Source of the DNA: Elsinoe ampelina
Lineage: Eukaryota
Direction of reading: 5' to 3'
Assembly: GCA_010093995.1 (NCBI GenBank)
Contig: ML992508.1
Location: 62,001 to 126,000 of the forward strand
DNA: 64,000 nucleotides
The stretch's first letter is position 1; each line of letters opens with the position of its first letter. Under the pieces are notes generated by a model. It worked only from the letters and a program-made list of their open reading frames with translations, searched no databases and was not told the origin of the DNA. Below are positions 10,701-20,230 of this stretch, piece after piece. Position numbers and translations under genes: made by a program.

Positions 10701-12005
10701 TGGCGTGGTAAGGACCGAGCTTTGCGAACTGCTTGTTGTCGTGGCTGAAGGGGTCAAGCTCGATGACGGCACGTCAGAGGACGAGCCCAAAGAGCTGCTC
10801 GATGTCGTGGTTGACGAAGTAGTCGAGCTTGATGAAGGGGTTGCAGAGGACGAAGAGGAAGCAGGCCCGGCCGCGGCGAGCTGAGCACTATTGGATGCTT
10901 GGATATTACCGATGACCTTGCTATCGATCCAAGTGGTGTCGAAACTGGAGTACTTTGGGAATGCTTTGCCAAATAATTGGTCGATGGTGACTGTGCTAAC
11001 TTGGCTTGAGGTCAATGCCAAGTCGCAGACTGCAGCTCGACTTGCGGCATTGGACGTGGAAAGCGCGCCGGGACCCGAGGTCTGGAACTCTCCGTAAAAG
11101 GTGACATAGTTGCAGACACCTGCGCGAAGAGCAGCCGGTGCAATGAGACTGCCCAGGTAGGTACCACGATAGACAGCTTGAGTGTAGTTTCCATTGGGTT
11201 GAGCAAGGTATACATAGGTGTTGGATAGGCCAGGCTTGGTAGTGACGGTACTCGAGTCAATCACGATGGAAGCATTGTACCAAATGCCACCAGTCTGATA
11301 ACCCTGACCGTAGAAGATGCTTGCGCTCGGCGCTGTGGGAACGATGGTAGAGCCGTAGACATAGGCGGTGAGATAGTTGTAGAACAGCTTATCTGAACCC
11401 TCGATGTAGGAGTTAGCAATCAAGGTGGTGCCGAAAGACGCTGTGTAGACTCCAGTACCGGCGGATACCAGTGCGCAATCATAGAAGGCCATGTTGACGC
11501 CGTACATGTTGACAGCTGGGGCACGTACCCCACCAGCCCCAGCCAGGTTGGTAATGTTGACATTTTTGAAAGTGACACCCTTCGACTGTTGCGTGTTAAA
11601 CGAGACGACACCAGTGGTGGGAGCGGCAGCTTGAATGACGACTTGGTTGTTGGCATAGCCAGTGGCAGACGGACCGGCAATGGTGACCGTCTGAGTGCCT
11701 TGAATCGTGAGGGCTTCGGAGTATGTTCCTGCCTGGACAACGACAGAGGGGATGGCGCTGTTCTGAGCGGCAGCGATAGCCGAGTTGATGGAACCACCAC
11801 TGCTGACAGTGATCGCGGTTGCGGCTTGAGCATTCGAGGTCGAAGGGGTCTGCGACGAACTCACAACGGCCGACGAAGAGGACGTGGTAATCTGCGTTGA
11901 GCTAGCGGACGTTGTCGAAGGGCAGCCGGAAGAACCATCGCTACAAGTCTGAGCGACAGTCGATCCGGCCAAGGCAACGGCCCACAACAGCAGCGAAGCT
12001 TGCAT
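4785..12005 (-). CDS. Giant secreted multi-domain pectin methylesterase (five CE8-like domains plus Ser/Thr-rich linkers and tail), 2406 aa
   Basis: Signal peptide and five 'GxYxE/PGxY' starts. Three domains have intact GxQDTL, YIxGxxDFIxG and LGRP[YW] motifs; two N-terminal copies are degenerate. Confidence 0.93.
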   Translation of the reverse strand: MQASLLLWAVALAGSTVAQTCSDGSSGCPSTTSASSTQITTSSSSAVVSSSQTPSTSNAQAATAITVSSGGSINSAIAAAQNSAIPSVVVQAGTYSEALTIQGTQTVTIAGPSATGYANNQVVIQAAAPTTGVVSFNTQQSKGVTFKNVNITNLAGAGGVRAPAVNMYGVNMAFYDCALVSAGTGVYTASFGTTLIANSYIEGSDKLFYNYLTAYVYGSTIVPTAPSASIFYGQGYQTGGIWYNASIVIDSSTVTTKPGLSNTYVYLAQPNGNYTQAVYRGTYLGSLIAPAALRAGVCNYVTFYGEFQTSGPGALSTSNAASRAAVCDLALTSSQVSTVTIDQLFGKAFPKYSSFDTTWIDSKVIGNIQASNSAQLAAAGPASSSSSATPSSSSTTSSTTTSSSSLGSSSDVPSSSLTPSATTTSSSQSSVLTTPASTTSSSVTSSVDISSSLSSSSSPALSTTTTSSAVSSSVAPAAVTVAADGSAAYTDINAAVAFAQNNAIPTVTVRAGTYGPISVAGTQTVTVVGPSATSVADNKVVVVGNGATAALSIGTSNTKGSTYRFLNFTNPGTSGVVSAVSARGINLGLYTCALVSSGQGVYSASYGITAMADSYIEGPDKLFYNYPTVYLYRSVVAPTASGSSILYAKGASLGGQWYNSSLVVDSSSVTQKAGGTASNVYLATPNGLNNYTTAVYRNTSIGSLVAAGGVYSTSCSVIAVYGEFLTTGPGAYAANKAARAANCDQALSADQVSLYTLDKIFAQAFLGYANADTTWIDQGVLSSINSGAAAQVASATVVTTSSSSASSTSTSVSTSASSTTDSPSSCATLTPGATLVVSLNATSCQYPNVTAAIAALPNDSKAYTISIKPGIYTEQISITRNGKVTLIGETPFVNDYTQNQVTIQFSRGVLTSAGQNELTPVIYSKKTNDNSGLAMYNINFVNTYPQTTNTAALAADFYGANMAAYGCSFVGFQDTLLANKGTQVFSNSYIEGSVDFIWGFSTAYFKQCYIASNTKGACIAAQSRPAGTVSGYVFDSCYVSYTNTYGSAMGTTYLGRPYNNLSTVVYMNSYLDSHINSAGWNIWSTSSPQTGGVTFGEYNNTGPGSWQEGTARASFATNFSASQVAPYTLSNWIGDTSFIDTTAWNYQPSFSWNVTSTTPSGTTTGPAKSTTTATINAHPDSGTVPPQFAVLVSPSGNVNGSYSNLTAALASLPSDNTNQTIFLYPGTYNEQVPTINRPGAVRIIGYTTAAPGKSYQDNQVTISFARGLSVSPLPVGHSNAETAVIATASNRISFYNINMVNTDNLDGLTSNYVTLAASIYGNDIGFYACSFNGWQDTLLNGATNGYQYYESCYIGGAIDFIWGYSKAYFKGCTIGAKRAKSCVAAHSRSSLTAVGGYIFDQCLFTAAPDNTADLAGAVYLGRPYSQYSLVVVKNSYLDSIIQPSGWKIWSATDPRTDHITFAEYNNVGPGNWENNVAARQAFQNATLLTSDSYDLASVMDSTSWIDMTYWNSIVTPQPAVKNTTVPTNTTVNGNSTYDGTKPPAGALLVSKTPIQGQTVYNTIQEAINAGPTASKTNATIFIYPGVYEEQLIVNKSGSTIFIGYSSDTDDYSKNQVTIQQSFGVDTQGTGSNVDAATVYATGNYFYAYNVNFRNNNGTQQNIASLGFAVKSSKYAFLHGCQVYGNQDTLYINGYFFAFKTYVEGNVDFIFGTGSGYFLNSTISPNEDGVAITADKRTTNTTLAGLVFDQSSIIPAAGLTGFKNVSLGRPWNNNARVLYVSSYLDAMIGSAGWTQWSKSSPQTAGVIFAEYHNFGPGSGICNRAAFSTQLSDADVVAYQLSNFFPTTSWIDFSVVDVQPFVAGIGSSPAGCATTTTSSSTSMLSTTSSTSISLVTVFTTKTITQKQTATATLTNPDVTVTATTIVTENHGTTITPDPVLKTSVIKSTEIQTTTSTKAGKTTTIKSTETITSMTTVTGKASTVEIDVTDVQTRTVAGQTQTVKTTETTTSTITSTPKAQTSTITEFTTQTTTVRGKDSTVLATVTAVRTINAAASTSTLKTTITSVSTITSAPAPLIVSSNEGGTVTSVRTVTPKGATTTSILTIAGTTATKTTSVKGSTITVPVTSVKTVQKTTTVTAACTPAARLFRRGLAARAAGTTTSTFSETVTAIVATSTLTLKGSTTSTLVTSTSSIYPVTTLKAATSTVFSTQFATSVSTVVVSAASVTITSLAQVTSFSTVSVPGSTATTSKTVTSFATETLAGTTITQISYKTASVVVTAPASTILRTATATSRVTESLAGSTVSSTKTVSSTTTISAAAVTITSAKVVSQTSTVTLARETQTKVYSSDVTVLSTTTLPASTATVTKTTSLKASTLLITVTPAPATKTTTVKQSTTIFNTVTKAAKNC

Positions 12006-12865
12006 GGTGAAGCACGTCTTGGGAAAGATACGTACTGAATGAGGCTGGATGCTTGCAGTCGGTAGGGCAGAAAGCTATGTATCTATAGCTACCCATTCTC
12101 CCGGTATCTGGATAGTCCGGCATGGCCGGTGCCATGCTGCAGATACAGGCATGGAGGCGTCATGGCTGGCTGGCTGAAGGGACGCATGCAGGGAGAGAAA
12201 CAGTGGTAGACCCGCAGATGGAGCCGCCGAAGCGATCCAGCACGTGGGAAGAATCTCTTTCCGTCCAAATCAGGTAGTGACAGAGGATTAGAGTGGCCAG
12301 ATCTGGACGAAGCGAGCTGCCAAGTGCTTAGCGGACCAGGATATGCAGGAACAAGATCCGTTCTGGCAGAAGCTTAGAGAGACCATGGAAAAGCTTAAAG
12401 ATCAGGCCACTCATTTTGCGCCACAAGCAATCGCAACTCTTTGACGCGACCTTTGAGAGGTGTGGTAAGCATGAGGCCGAGACTCAGACACCGGAGGAAG
12501 TCCAGTCTCATACCTGCCTGAAGACTATGACTAGGCATACTACTTCATCAACCTATCCGCGTTTCGAATTGAACCCATGTGTGAGAGCGACCTCGACAGC
12601 AGTAGACGTGGATGCCGCGCCTCGATATCGAAATTGTCAGAGTGGCGTATCGATAGTCGCGCGGTGTGCTCCATCCGGGCAGGGTTTGCACTGCCAAAGC
12701 CGTGTGAGTGGAGCATGATGAAAATCGGACACGATCGGATATCTCCAGAAGAAATCCGAGTGTTGCTGGTGGAGGAGAGGCTAGTTCAGTAGAGAGGTCA
12801 AGTTTAGAACCTGGGCGTGGCAAGCGAGGTCGGGATGTTTGTGGGCGAGAATTTATCCGTGCGAA

Positions 12866-12874
12866 TCCACCAAT
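12866..12874 (+). promoter_or_regulatory. Candidate galacturonic-acid-responsive element (TCCNCCAAT, GaaR-type)
   Basis: Exact TCCACCAAT about 860 bp upstream of the PME start. The motif is short, so a chance match is possible. Confidence 0.4.
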
Positions 12875-14829
12875 CAGGCACAAAGTCTTCCATGGCCGGC
12901 AGTGCGGCATCAAAACCATCTCTCTTTCCCGCGCGAGACATTTTTCTCTCCCCCTTTTCTCTGTGAGTCTGTGGTCCAACATGTCCACACGTGGCTGGAA
13001 CTAGCGCTGCACACATCAGCGAAGGCCTTCGGCCAAACCCCACTGCATGCACAGATAGAGGATCCTCAACAGAGCCTCTGGCGATATTCGGGCCTTCCTG
13101 CGCTTTGTGGCGGATCCCGCTCTGTTGGTTGTCTGTATCATGAGTCGCTTACAAGAGCTGCGCAAGTCAGCTGCGCAAGGCTTGGTAGGCGGCGACTTGG
13201 TGAGTGATCACTAATGGTGTCTCATCTTGTCCAATAGCAATAGATGCGTCCCAGAACTACCGGCGATATCCATCATCTATGACGACCAGATTCTCTGATT
13301 GTGACCATCACTGGACGAGATGGCCATGTCGGCGTCAAAAGTTCGATGTATACCCCATTGCATGGCTTGATGCGGACAGATATGGTCCAACAAATCTTCT
13401 CAACTCTGGTCGCGCGACGATGCGTACGCTCTCACAGAGATCGCCTCTTGTGAGTGTGAGGTGGCGAACATCGCTGGCTGGCGGCGTTGCACCAGAGGGC
13501 CCACAGGACAGGGTCATCCCGAGGAGCAGCAACGCAGGCCCTCTTATTACTACACTACCTGGGCCAAGGCATTTCCCTTCCACAGCAAGGTTCCATGCAT
13601 GAGCAGAACAACGAATAGCTCGCCCCCTTGGGACTGCATCTGAAGCAAAAATCCAGGGATGGGTCAGGTTGCGGTCATGCAGGCGGATAGTGGACCTTGC
13701 GTAGACCGATTCCGGCGTGCGCGCTCCGCCACTTGAGCGCCATACCACATTTCAACCAACGCTCTCCCGTCTGCGTGTTAAAAATGCACTGAGCACAGTC
13801 ACACGGTACGCACGTAAGTTCTGTTATTGCCGACCTCCACTTTAGCTCTTGCACGTTCACCGCCGCCCGCCTCGGATAATGTGACCGGCGCAGCACGTTT
13901 GTCTCATGCGTCTTTCTAGGGACTTTCCAGGAACCTTCCTGTCGGATCTTCTCGAACACTAATTCTTGGGCATACTTATGTGGATGTTTCCCGACTCTTC
14001 ACGGATCTGCTATGGCTAAGCCGGTGGCTATCTCGGGCTATTGCGAGATCTGTGTTGTGGTAGATTCTCCTCTTACAATGTAAGAACTTATTCGGCCAGA
14101 GTTCAGGTCAAAGATACGTGCATGAGCGAGCTTCATGTCCCCGAAGAAACCCTCGCTCACCATAGTGGGAGGTGGATATGCAAAGTGATGTTATAATCTC
14201 CATGACGCCACTTCTTGGGTAAGATCGCCATCAATTGTGCGATATCTCATTGGATACGTCGGACCAGACCTTACCTCGTTCGGTGACTTGCCCACCCTGT
14301 CGCAGTTCAACTGCTGCCAAAATATGGTGAAACTCCACCTCTAAAGTTCACGTCAGGACAGTTCGACATCTGGGGTTCGGCGCGGAGGCAGCACGCAAGG
14401 CTTGGCGAAATCACAACATCCAAACCACCGCACGCCGGCCTAGCACTTGACCTGCACCTACGCCAGCGTTGCAATACCACATCCCATGACAAGCACGCAA
14501 TTGTCGAAACCAGAGCATAATGAGGCTCTGGCCTGCAGACTTGGTATATCGATTGGATGTCAGACGGCGATAACCAAATCTGCCGTTGTCGGCGCCGCAG
14601 TTATGGATCAGTATCGGCCTTTTAGATCACGCCCAGCTGCGTTGAGTCGCTATCTCATCGTATATGGCCAATCGTATCGACTGTGCAATGATCTGCACGG
14701 GGTCACTTGCATGGCGCTGCAGAAGCCTCGTGGCACGCCATGTGAAATCCGCGTCAGTACATAAATCAGATAGGGCCGCTCTGGCTCAGCATGCTTAAAC
14801 CCTGGAATTGAGGTCTCTCAAAGTTCATT

Positions 14830-16727
14830 ATGGCTGAACAAGTCACCGCCAGCATTGCTCAGGCTCAAGAGGATAAGCGTGCATCGTATGATGCCGTTGT
14901 CGCTGCCGAAAAGGATATCCCCAACTCAAGCGACTCTGCCGATTCTTCCATCCACTCCGGAGAGGAGGATATAGATGGCGACTATGGATCCTACCATGAT
15001 CACATTTTCAAGGATCCCAAGGTCGCCGAATACTGGCGGAACGTCTACGAGAATGCATCATACGAAGGTCGACACCGTTTTGACCCTCACATCACATGGA
15101 CCGCAACAGAAGAAAAGCGGCTGCGCAGAAAGGTAAGGTCAGAACAAAGTATTGTGAAGTCCATGCCTGACCATGCTAGATTGACTTTCGAGTTATGACC
15201 TGGTGTTGGATGATGTTCCTGGCATTGGATCTCAACCGCAGGAATATCAACCGAGCCATCTCTGACAACATGCTGCCGGAACTGGGAATGAACACAAACG
15301 ACTTCAACTATGGCCAGACCATTTTCCTCATATCTTTCTTGGCCGCCGAACTGCCCTCAGGCCTGATCTCGAAGAAGCTTGGACCCGATATCTGGATTCC
15401 CTTCATCATTCTTGCCTGGTCCATTGTGTCTGCTGCTCAGGCTGGACTCAAGGACAAGGCCGGCTACTATGCCGTCCGATGTCTTCTTGGACTGCTCATG
15501 GGTGGTTTCATTCCAGATACTGTCAGTATTCAGCTCATCAGCATAATGTACTTCTTCCTAACACCTCTCAGGTTCTCTACATCACCTACTGGTACAAGAG
15601 TAGGGAGCTACCCATCCGCCTCTCTTGGTTTTGGACCGTCTTGAGCGTGTGCAATGTCCTTGGTTCTCTGCTCGCCGCTGGTGTCCTGCAGATGCGCGGC
15701 CTCCAAGGCTGGTCTGGCTGGCAATGGTAAACTTCGACACATCTGAAACGATCAACAAGTTACTGACCAGTCTCAGGCTGTTCTTGATTGAGGGCTGCTT
15801 GACTGCTGTTGTGGGTATCCTAAGCTGGGGTCTCATGCCTCCGTCTCCAAGTCAGACGGCCAACTGGTTCCGTGGTAAGAACGGTTGGTTCACCGAGCGT
15901 GAAGAGAAGATTCTCGTCAACCGCCTCCTCCGCGATGATCCTTCCAAGGGTGACATGCACAACCGTCAAGCTGTCAACCTTCCCCGTCTGTGGAAGTGCC
16001 TCAAAGACTACGACCTCTGGCCACTCTACCTCGTCGGCCTCACCAACTACATCCCTCCAAGCCCCCCAACGAACTACCTCGCCTTGATCCTGCGCAACCT
16101 TGGCTTCAGCACATTCAATGCCAACCTCCTCACTATTCCCTCCCAATTCCTCTTCGGTGTCAATGCAAGTACCTCCCTTCCATGCTCTTCGATATCTTGA
16201 CTAACCCCTTCTAGCTCCTCATCATCTCCTGGATTTCCGAGAAAGTCAATGAACGATCCTTCATCTCCTCGACCTCCAACATCTGGATCCTCCCCTGGCT
16301 CATCTCCCTCGTCGCCCTCGGCGCCCGCGCCTCCAGCTGGGTCCGCTACGCCCTCCTCACCGGCCTCCTATCCTACCCTTACTGCCACGCCATTCTCGTC
16401 GCCTGGAACAGCCGCAACTCCAACACGGTGCGCACCCGCGCCGTCTCTGCTGCATTGTACAACATGTTCGTGCAAGCCGGCAATATCGTGGGCAGTAATA
16501 TCTACAGGGAGAGCGATCGGCCGTTGTACCTCAAGGGCAACAAGGTGCTACTGGGGATTTGCTGCTATAATATCGTTCAGTTGTGGTTTGTCAAGTACTA
16601 CTATGTGAAGAAGAATCAGAGGAGGGAGGAGGCGTGGGCGAAGCTTTCTGGGGAGGAGAAGGTGGATTATGTGCAGAATACAAAGGATGAGGGGGCGAAG
16701 AGGTTGGACTTTAGGTTTACGCATTAG
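14830..16727 (+). CDS. MFS transporter, allantoate permease (Dal5/ACS)-like, 4 introns
   Basis: Motifs 'YEGRHRFDP', 'AELPSGLISKKLGP', 'NRLLRDDPSKGDMHNRQ' and C-terminal 'RLDFRFTH'. Introns at about 15133-15179, 15522-15571, 15727-15776 and 16165-16214. Confidence 0.9.
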
Positions 16728-17116
16728 ATGAGATTTTGAAGTTAGAGAGGAGTAGATGGCGTGGTGTGACAAAACTTAGCGTTGGTTATTTGAATACATG
16801 AGGATTTTACAATTAGCCGTCCTTCAAGGGTATCTGTCTTGCCACGGTGTTGGTACTTACAAGTTCTCCGACAAGACCATAGATCGTACAACAGCGACAG
16901 GAACTCCCAACGGCCCAATCGAATATCGGACTCATGGACAACAGAGATGTTGTTCTGCACCAGCGGATCTGTACGGAGATACTTTCATACCCGTTCTCTC
17001 GGTATACATATCGAGCTTTGTGGCTAACATAAATTACCTGACAACAACTCACTACCGGGTCCACCCACTGCCATATCCCCTACATTCATCAACCTCCAAT
17101 TCCTCCTGCCGCCCTC

Positions 17117-19543
17117 TTACCGAAATCCCTCATTCCTCCCCACCGCCAAAAACGTCAAACTCCACAACTGCCTCACATTACTCTCCGTGCTCCCTCCCAC
17201 TCCAGGCGGAGGGGGCAGACTCCCCAACGGGGTAAACACAAACTCGTCATCCCTGTAGACAAAACTCCACACTTCACTACTCAAATACTGACTATTATCA
17301 CCAATCACGTCCCAAAGCCTGTTGTACGCCGCCCTGGCATTCCCGGCGACCACTTGATCACCGCAGAAGTCCGGAAGCGAGCTCCCGCCGGAGCAGCGAT
17401 CGAGCTGGAACTCCAGGCCGCGCGCCATCATTGCCAGTTGCCACGACCAGACTACAGTGCCGTGGTAGGCTGCGTTGGTGAAGTTTGCGTGGAGGACGGG
17501 GGCGGCTTCGGAGCTGGCGAGGGAGGGGTTGGCGACTACGAGACCGATGGGCGTGGTCAGGCCGGCAGGGAAGGGTTGGAGGATGAGGTTGGCGGTTTGG
17601 TTGACGAAGCGGGTGAGTTGGGACTGGTTGGTGGTGTTTAGCAGGAAGTGGCGGAAGCAGTCGTCTGTGTTCATTACTTCGACGGTGGAGAGGTTGTTGT
17701 TGCCATCCAGGGCTACGGCGTGGTAGGTGTAGTCTGAGGAGATGTTGGCTGTGTTTGCGGGGCCGGTGTAGAAGTTGGAGGTGTTGGCGAAGTTCTCGAT
17801 GCGGGAGATTGCTTCGGCCGCTGGGACGGTGACTTCGAAGAACGCGAGGGTGGAGTCTTCCCACACTTGAGCATATTCGTCTGCGAGTGTTGACCAATCG
17901 GGATGTTGAGCAAAGATGGTTCCATTGCTGGCGCGGGACAAGGCGGCAATCGAACGCAGCGCGGCTGGCACAAGAGCCGTGTTGACGTCGTAGGGTATGC
18001 GACCTCCTCCAAGACCATACGTGCTATCTCTCCATTCACCGACTACTTCACCTTCCTTTAGTCGTAGCAGGTTCTCCCGGGTCGGCGATGTGGCAAACGG
18101 AGCCGACAAGTTCATGATCAATTCAGCATTGATTTGCGCGAGTTGTCCCCAGGTAAGTCCTTGGTTGTTGGCATTGATGCTACCAGCATTTGTGGATAGG
18201 AACGGATCTACCCTATCCGGACCAATGGTAGAGTCGACAAAGTACTGCTTCATCAGGACAGGCAAGAAGAAGTCGGTATCGATCATCTTGTAGTCCCACT
18301 GAGGAGCTGTGCCAGTGATGTTGTTTTCCAGGTTGAGATATGTCGCATAGTCGCCAATAGTTTCCTCGTGGCAAGCATAGCCATCGGTACGGTTGATTCT
18401 CTCCAGTACTGCTCCGATGACAGCTTCCGTGGTACTGCCATTCTCTTGAGAAAGTACTGGCTCCAGTAGGAGTGCTGAGATCATGCTGTCACGACCAAAG
18501 TAGGTCAAGAACCTCCATGCTCCAGCCAAAAGCTTCTCAGAATAAGATAAGAAGGAAAGAGCTTCGGTGTCTGTGGGATTCTGCTGGATCAGTCCCTGTG
18601 CTCCATCTTTTAAGACTTCCTCCTGGCTAAGCTGTTTCAGCTGAGGATAGTTGTACGAGGCGGAGAAGCGATATTGGCCTGCAGTGAAGGTGATTGTTTG
18701 ATTTTCGAGCGTGACGGATCCGTCATTCTCGGCTGTGAAGCTGAGAGTAGTGGTAGTGGTGTTGTCGAGCCATAAACGAGAGATGCTGACAGTATCGTTT
18801 ACTTCCGAGAAGGAATTGGCATCTTGTATGGCCGGGCGCAAGAGGCTAGGGCCCTCGGTGAAGTCACGGATGGTTCTCACGCTACCCAAGATGGGAATCG
18901 TAAGAACAGCCGTAGAATTGAACTCGATCACGCCTTGTACTCCGACCACTGGATCCTCGCTGTTGGCAGGTGCCTCGTATACAGCCGTCAAAGGATTGCC
19001 GACAGATGAGTTGCGCAAGGAGATCCCAAGAGTACCATTGCCACCATTCTCGGGAGCGAAGAAAGCACAGGCGCCACTGTTACCGGCAGGCCATGCTACT
19101 ATCAGTCTTGGTCCAATGACTGTCAGGTTGCTATCAGGAAGCGGGCTAGTGACTATGACTTGTGTCGCAGAGTTGCAGTCACTGTAGAAGTAATTCTCGT
19201 ATGGCGGGTCACTGATCTGAAGTGTTCGTGGATTGCCGGGACATGGCCCTGGAGAGGGTGGAGTTGAGTCGCCATTGCCAGAGGATTGATTGGATCCGTT
19301 TGCTGAAGCTGGATAGACTAGACGACCATTACTGCAGCTGTAGACGGTGGGATCATAGCAGTCCGGTCCACAACGAAGTGTCGGCTTGCCGCTTACGATT
19401 GGACACAAGAAGTCTCCGTCATAGCAGGTGTATTCATTCTGGTAATATCGAGCAAAACCGCAGTCCCGGAGTCCGGTCGGGTCGCGCTGGGCAGCTGCTG
19501 TCGCCAGCGCGGCGAGCACGTGGATAGCGTGTTGTATCCTCAT
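17117..19543 (-). CDS. Secreted protein: CBM52-like Cys-rich module plus glycogen-debranching-like six-hairpin glycosidase domain
   Basis: Signal peptide; 'CGFARYYQNEYTCYDGDFLCP...CGPDCYDPTVYSC' (CBM52 pattern); 'FLTYFGRDSMIS', 'HEETIG', 'WRDS' and 'YHGTVVWSW'. Confidence 0.8.
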   Translation of the reverse strand: MRIQHAIHVLAALATAAAQRDPTGLRDCGFARYYQNEYTCYDGDFLCPIVSGKPTLRCGPDCYDPTVYSCSNGRLVYPASANGSNQSSGNGDSTPPSPGPCPGNPRTLQISDPPYENYFYSDCNSATQVIVTSPLPDSNLTVIGPRLIVAWPAGNSGACAFFAPENGGNGTLGISLRNSSVGNPLTAVYEAPANSEDPVVGVQGVIEFNSTAVLTIPILGSVRTIRDFTEGPSLLRPAIQDANSFSEVNDTVSISRLWLDNTTTTTLSFTAENDGSVTLENQTITFTAGQYRFSASYNYPQLKQLSQEEVLKDGAQGLIQQNPTDTEALSFLSYSEKLLAGAWRFLTYFGRDSMISALLLEPVLSQENGSTTEAVIGAVLERINRTDGYACHEETIGDYATYLNLENNITGTAPQWDYKMIDTDFFLPVLMKQYFVDSTIGPDRVDPFLSTNAGSINANNQGLTWGQLAQINAELIMNLSAPFATSPTRENLLRLKEGEVVGEWRDSTYGLGGGRIPYDVNTALVPAALRSIAALSRASNGTIFAQHPDWSTLADEYAQVWEDSTLAFFEVTVPAAEAISRIENFANTSNFYTGPANTANISSDYTYHAVALDGNNNLSTVEVMNTDDCFRHFLLNTTNQSQLTRFVNQTANLILQPFPAGLTTPIGLVVANPSLASSEAAPVLHANFTNAAYHGTVVWSWQLAMMARGLEFQLDRCSGGSSLPDFCGDQVVAGNARAAYNRLWDVIGDNSQYLSSEVWSFVYRDDEFVFTPLGSLPPPPGVGGSTESNVRQLWSLTFLAVGRNEGFR

Positions 19544-20230
19544 GGTGAATTCTATGACAGCACCCGTAAAGCTTCAAAGGCGTGGACAGGCCTCGAGAAG
19601 ACATGCTTGCAAGGTTCTATAGTCGAGTGCTGTTCAATGCCTGCTGCAGGTGAAGATCTTGCTCCAATTTGACGTCAAGTTTAGGCGCCACGGTGTAATG
19701 CCACCCATGTGTCTTACCTGTCAGTCATTTGGCTGACCATGTCCAAGTAATTTGGACTCGTTGGAAAGCCAAATGCTGTAATTGTCGACGGATGTTATAA
19801 CCAAAGTCAACATACGTTTCGAGGTCGATATGATTGTGCTAGAAGACACCAAGCGCGACAGCATGCTTCCCAGAGCGAGGCTACATATTCACCATGGGAT
19901 CATTTCCAATGGCAAGTCGAGCCTGCGGTGGAGTGGAAGGTGGACTGCAAGATGAGGGGAAAAAGAAGCAAGTGTGGCACCGTGGCCATGTCGATCTGAT
20001 CATCGTCGGACCCGGATCGCTGCGGGCATCGTCTCGTGCGGGGATTTGCTGCGACAATCTCGGGGAGGATTAAGATCCTATATTGAATTCGTTGACGAGT
20101 CTTGGTAGCACTGACGGAAATTATGTTTCTACGTGGCGAGTCTGCTTCTCTCCGCCTGGCCTTGATGGTCTCCCCATCCGACGACGATGGTATCATTTCT
20201 GGCAAACAAAATCCCTGGCCGCTTTACATT

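Noticed and set aside
12135..14764. Numerous 60-146 aa ORFs between the PME and MFS genes
   Set aside because: They overlap on both strands without motifs or codon bias; treated as promoter DNA.
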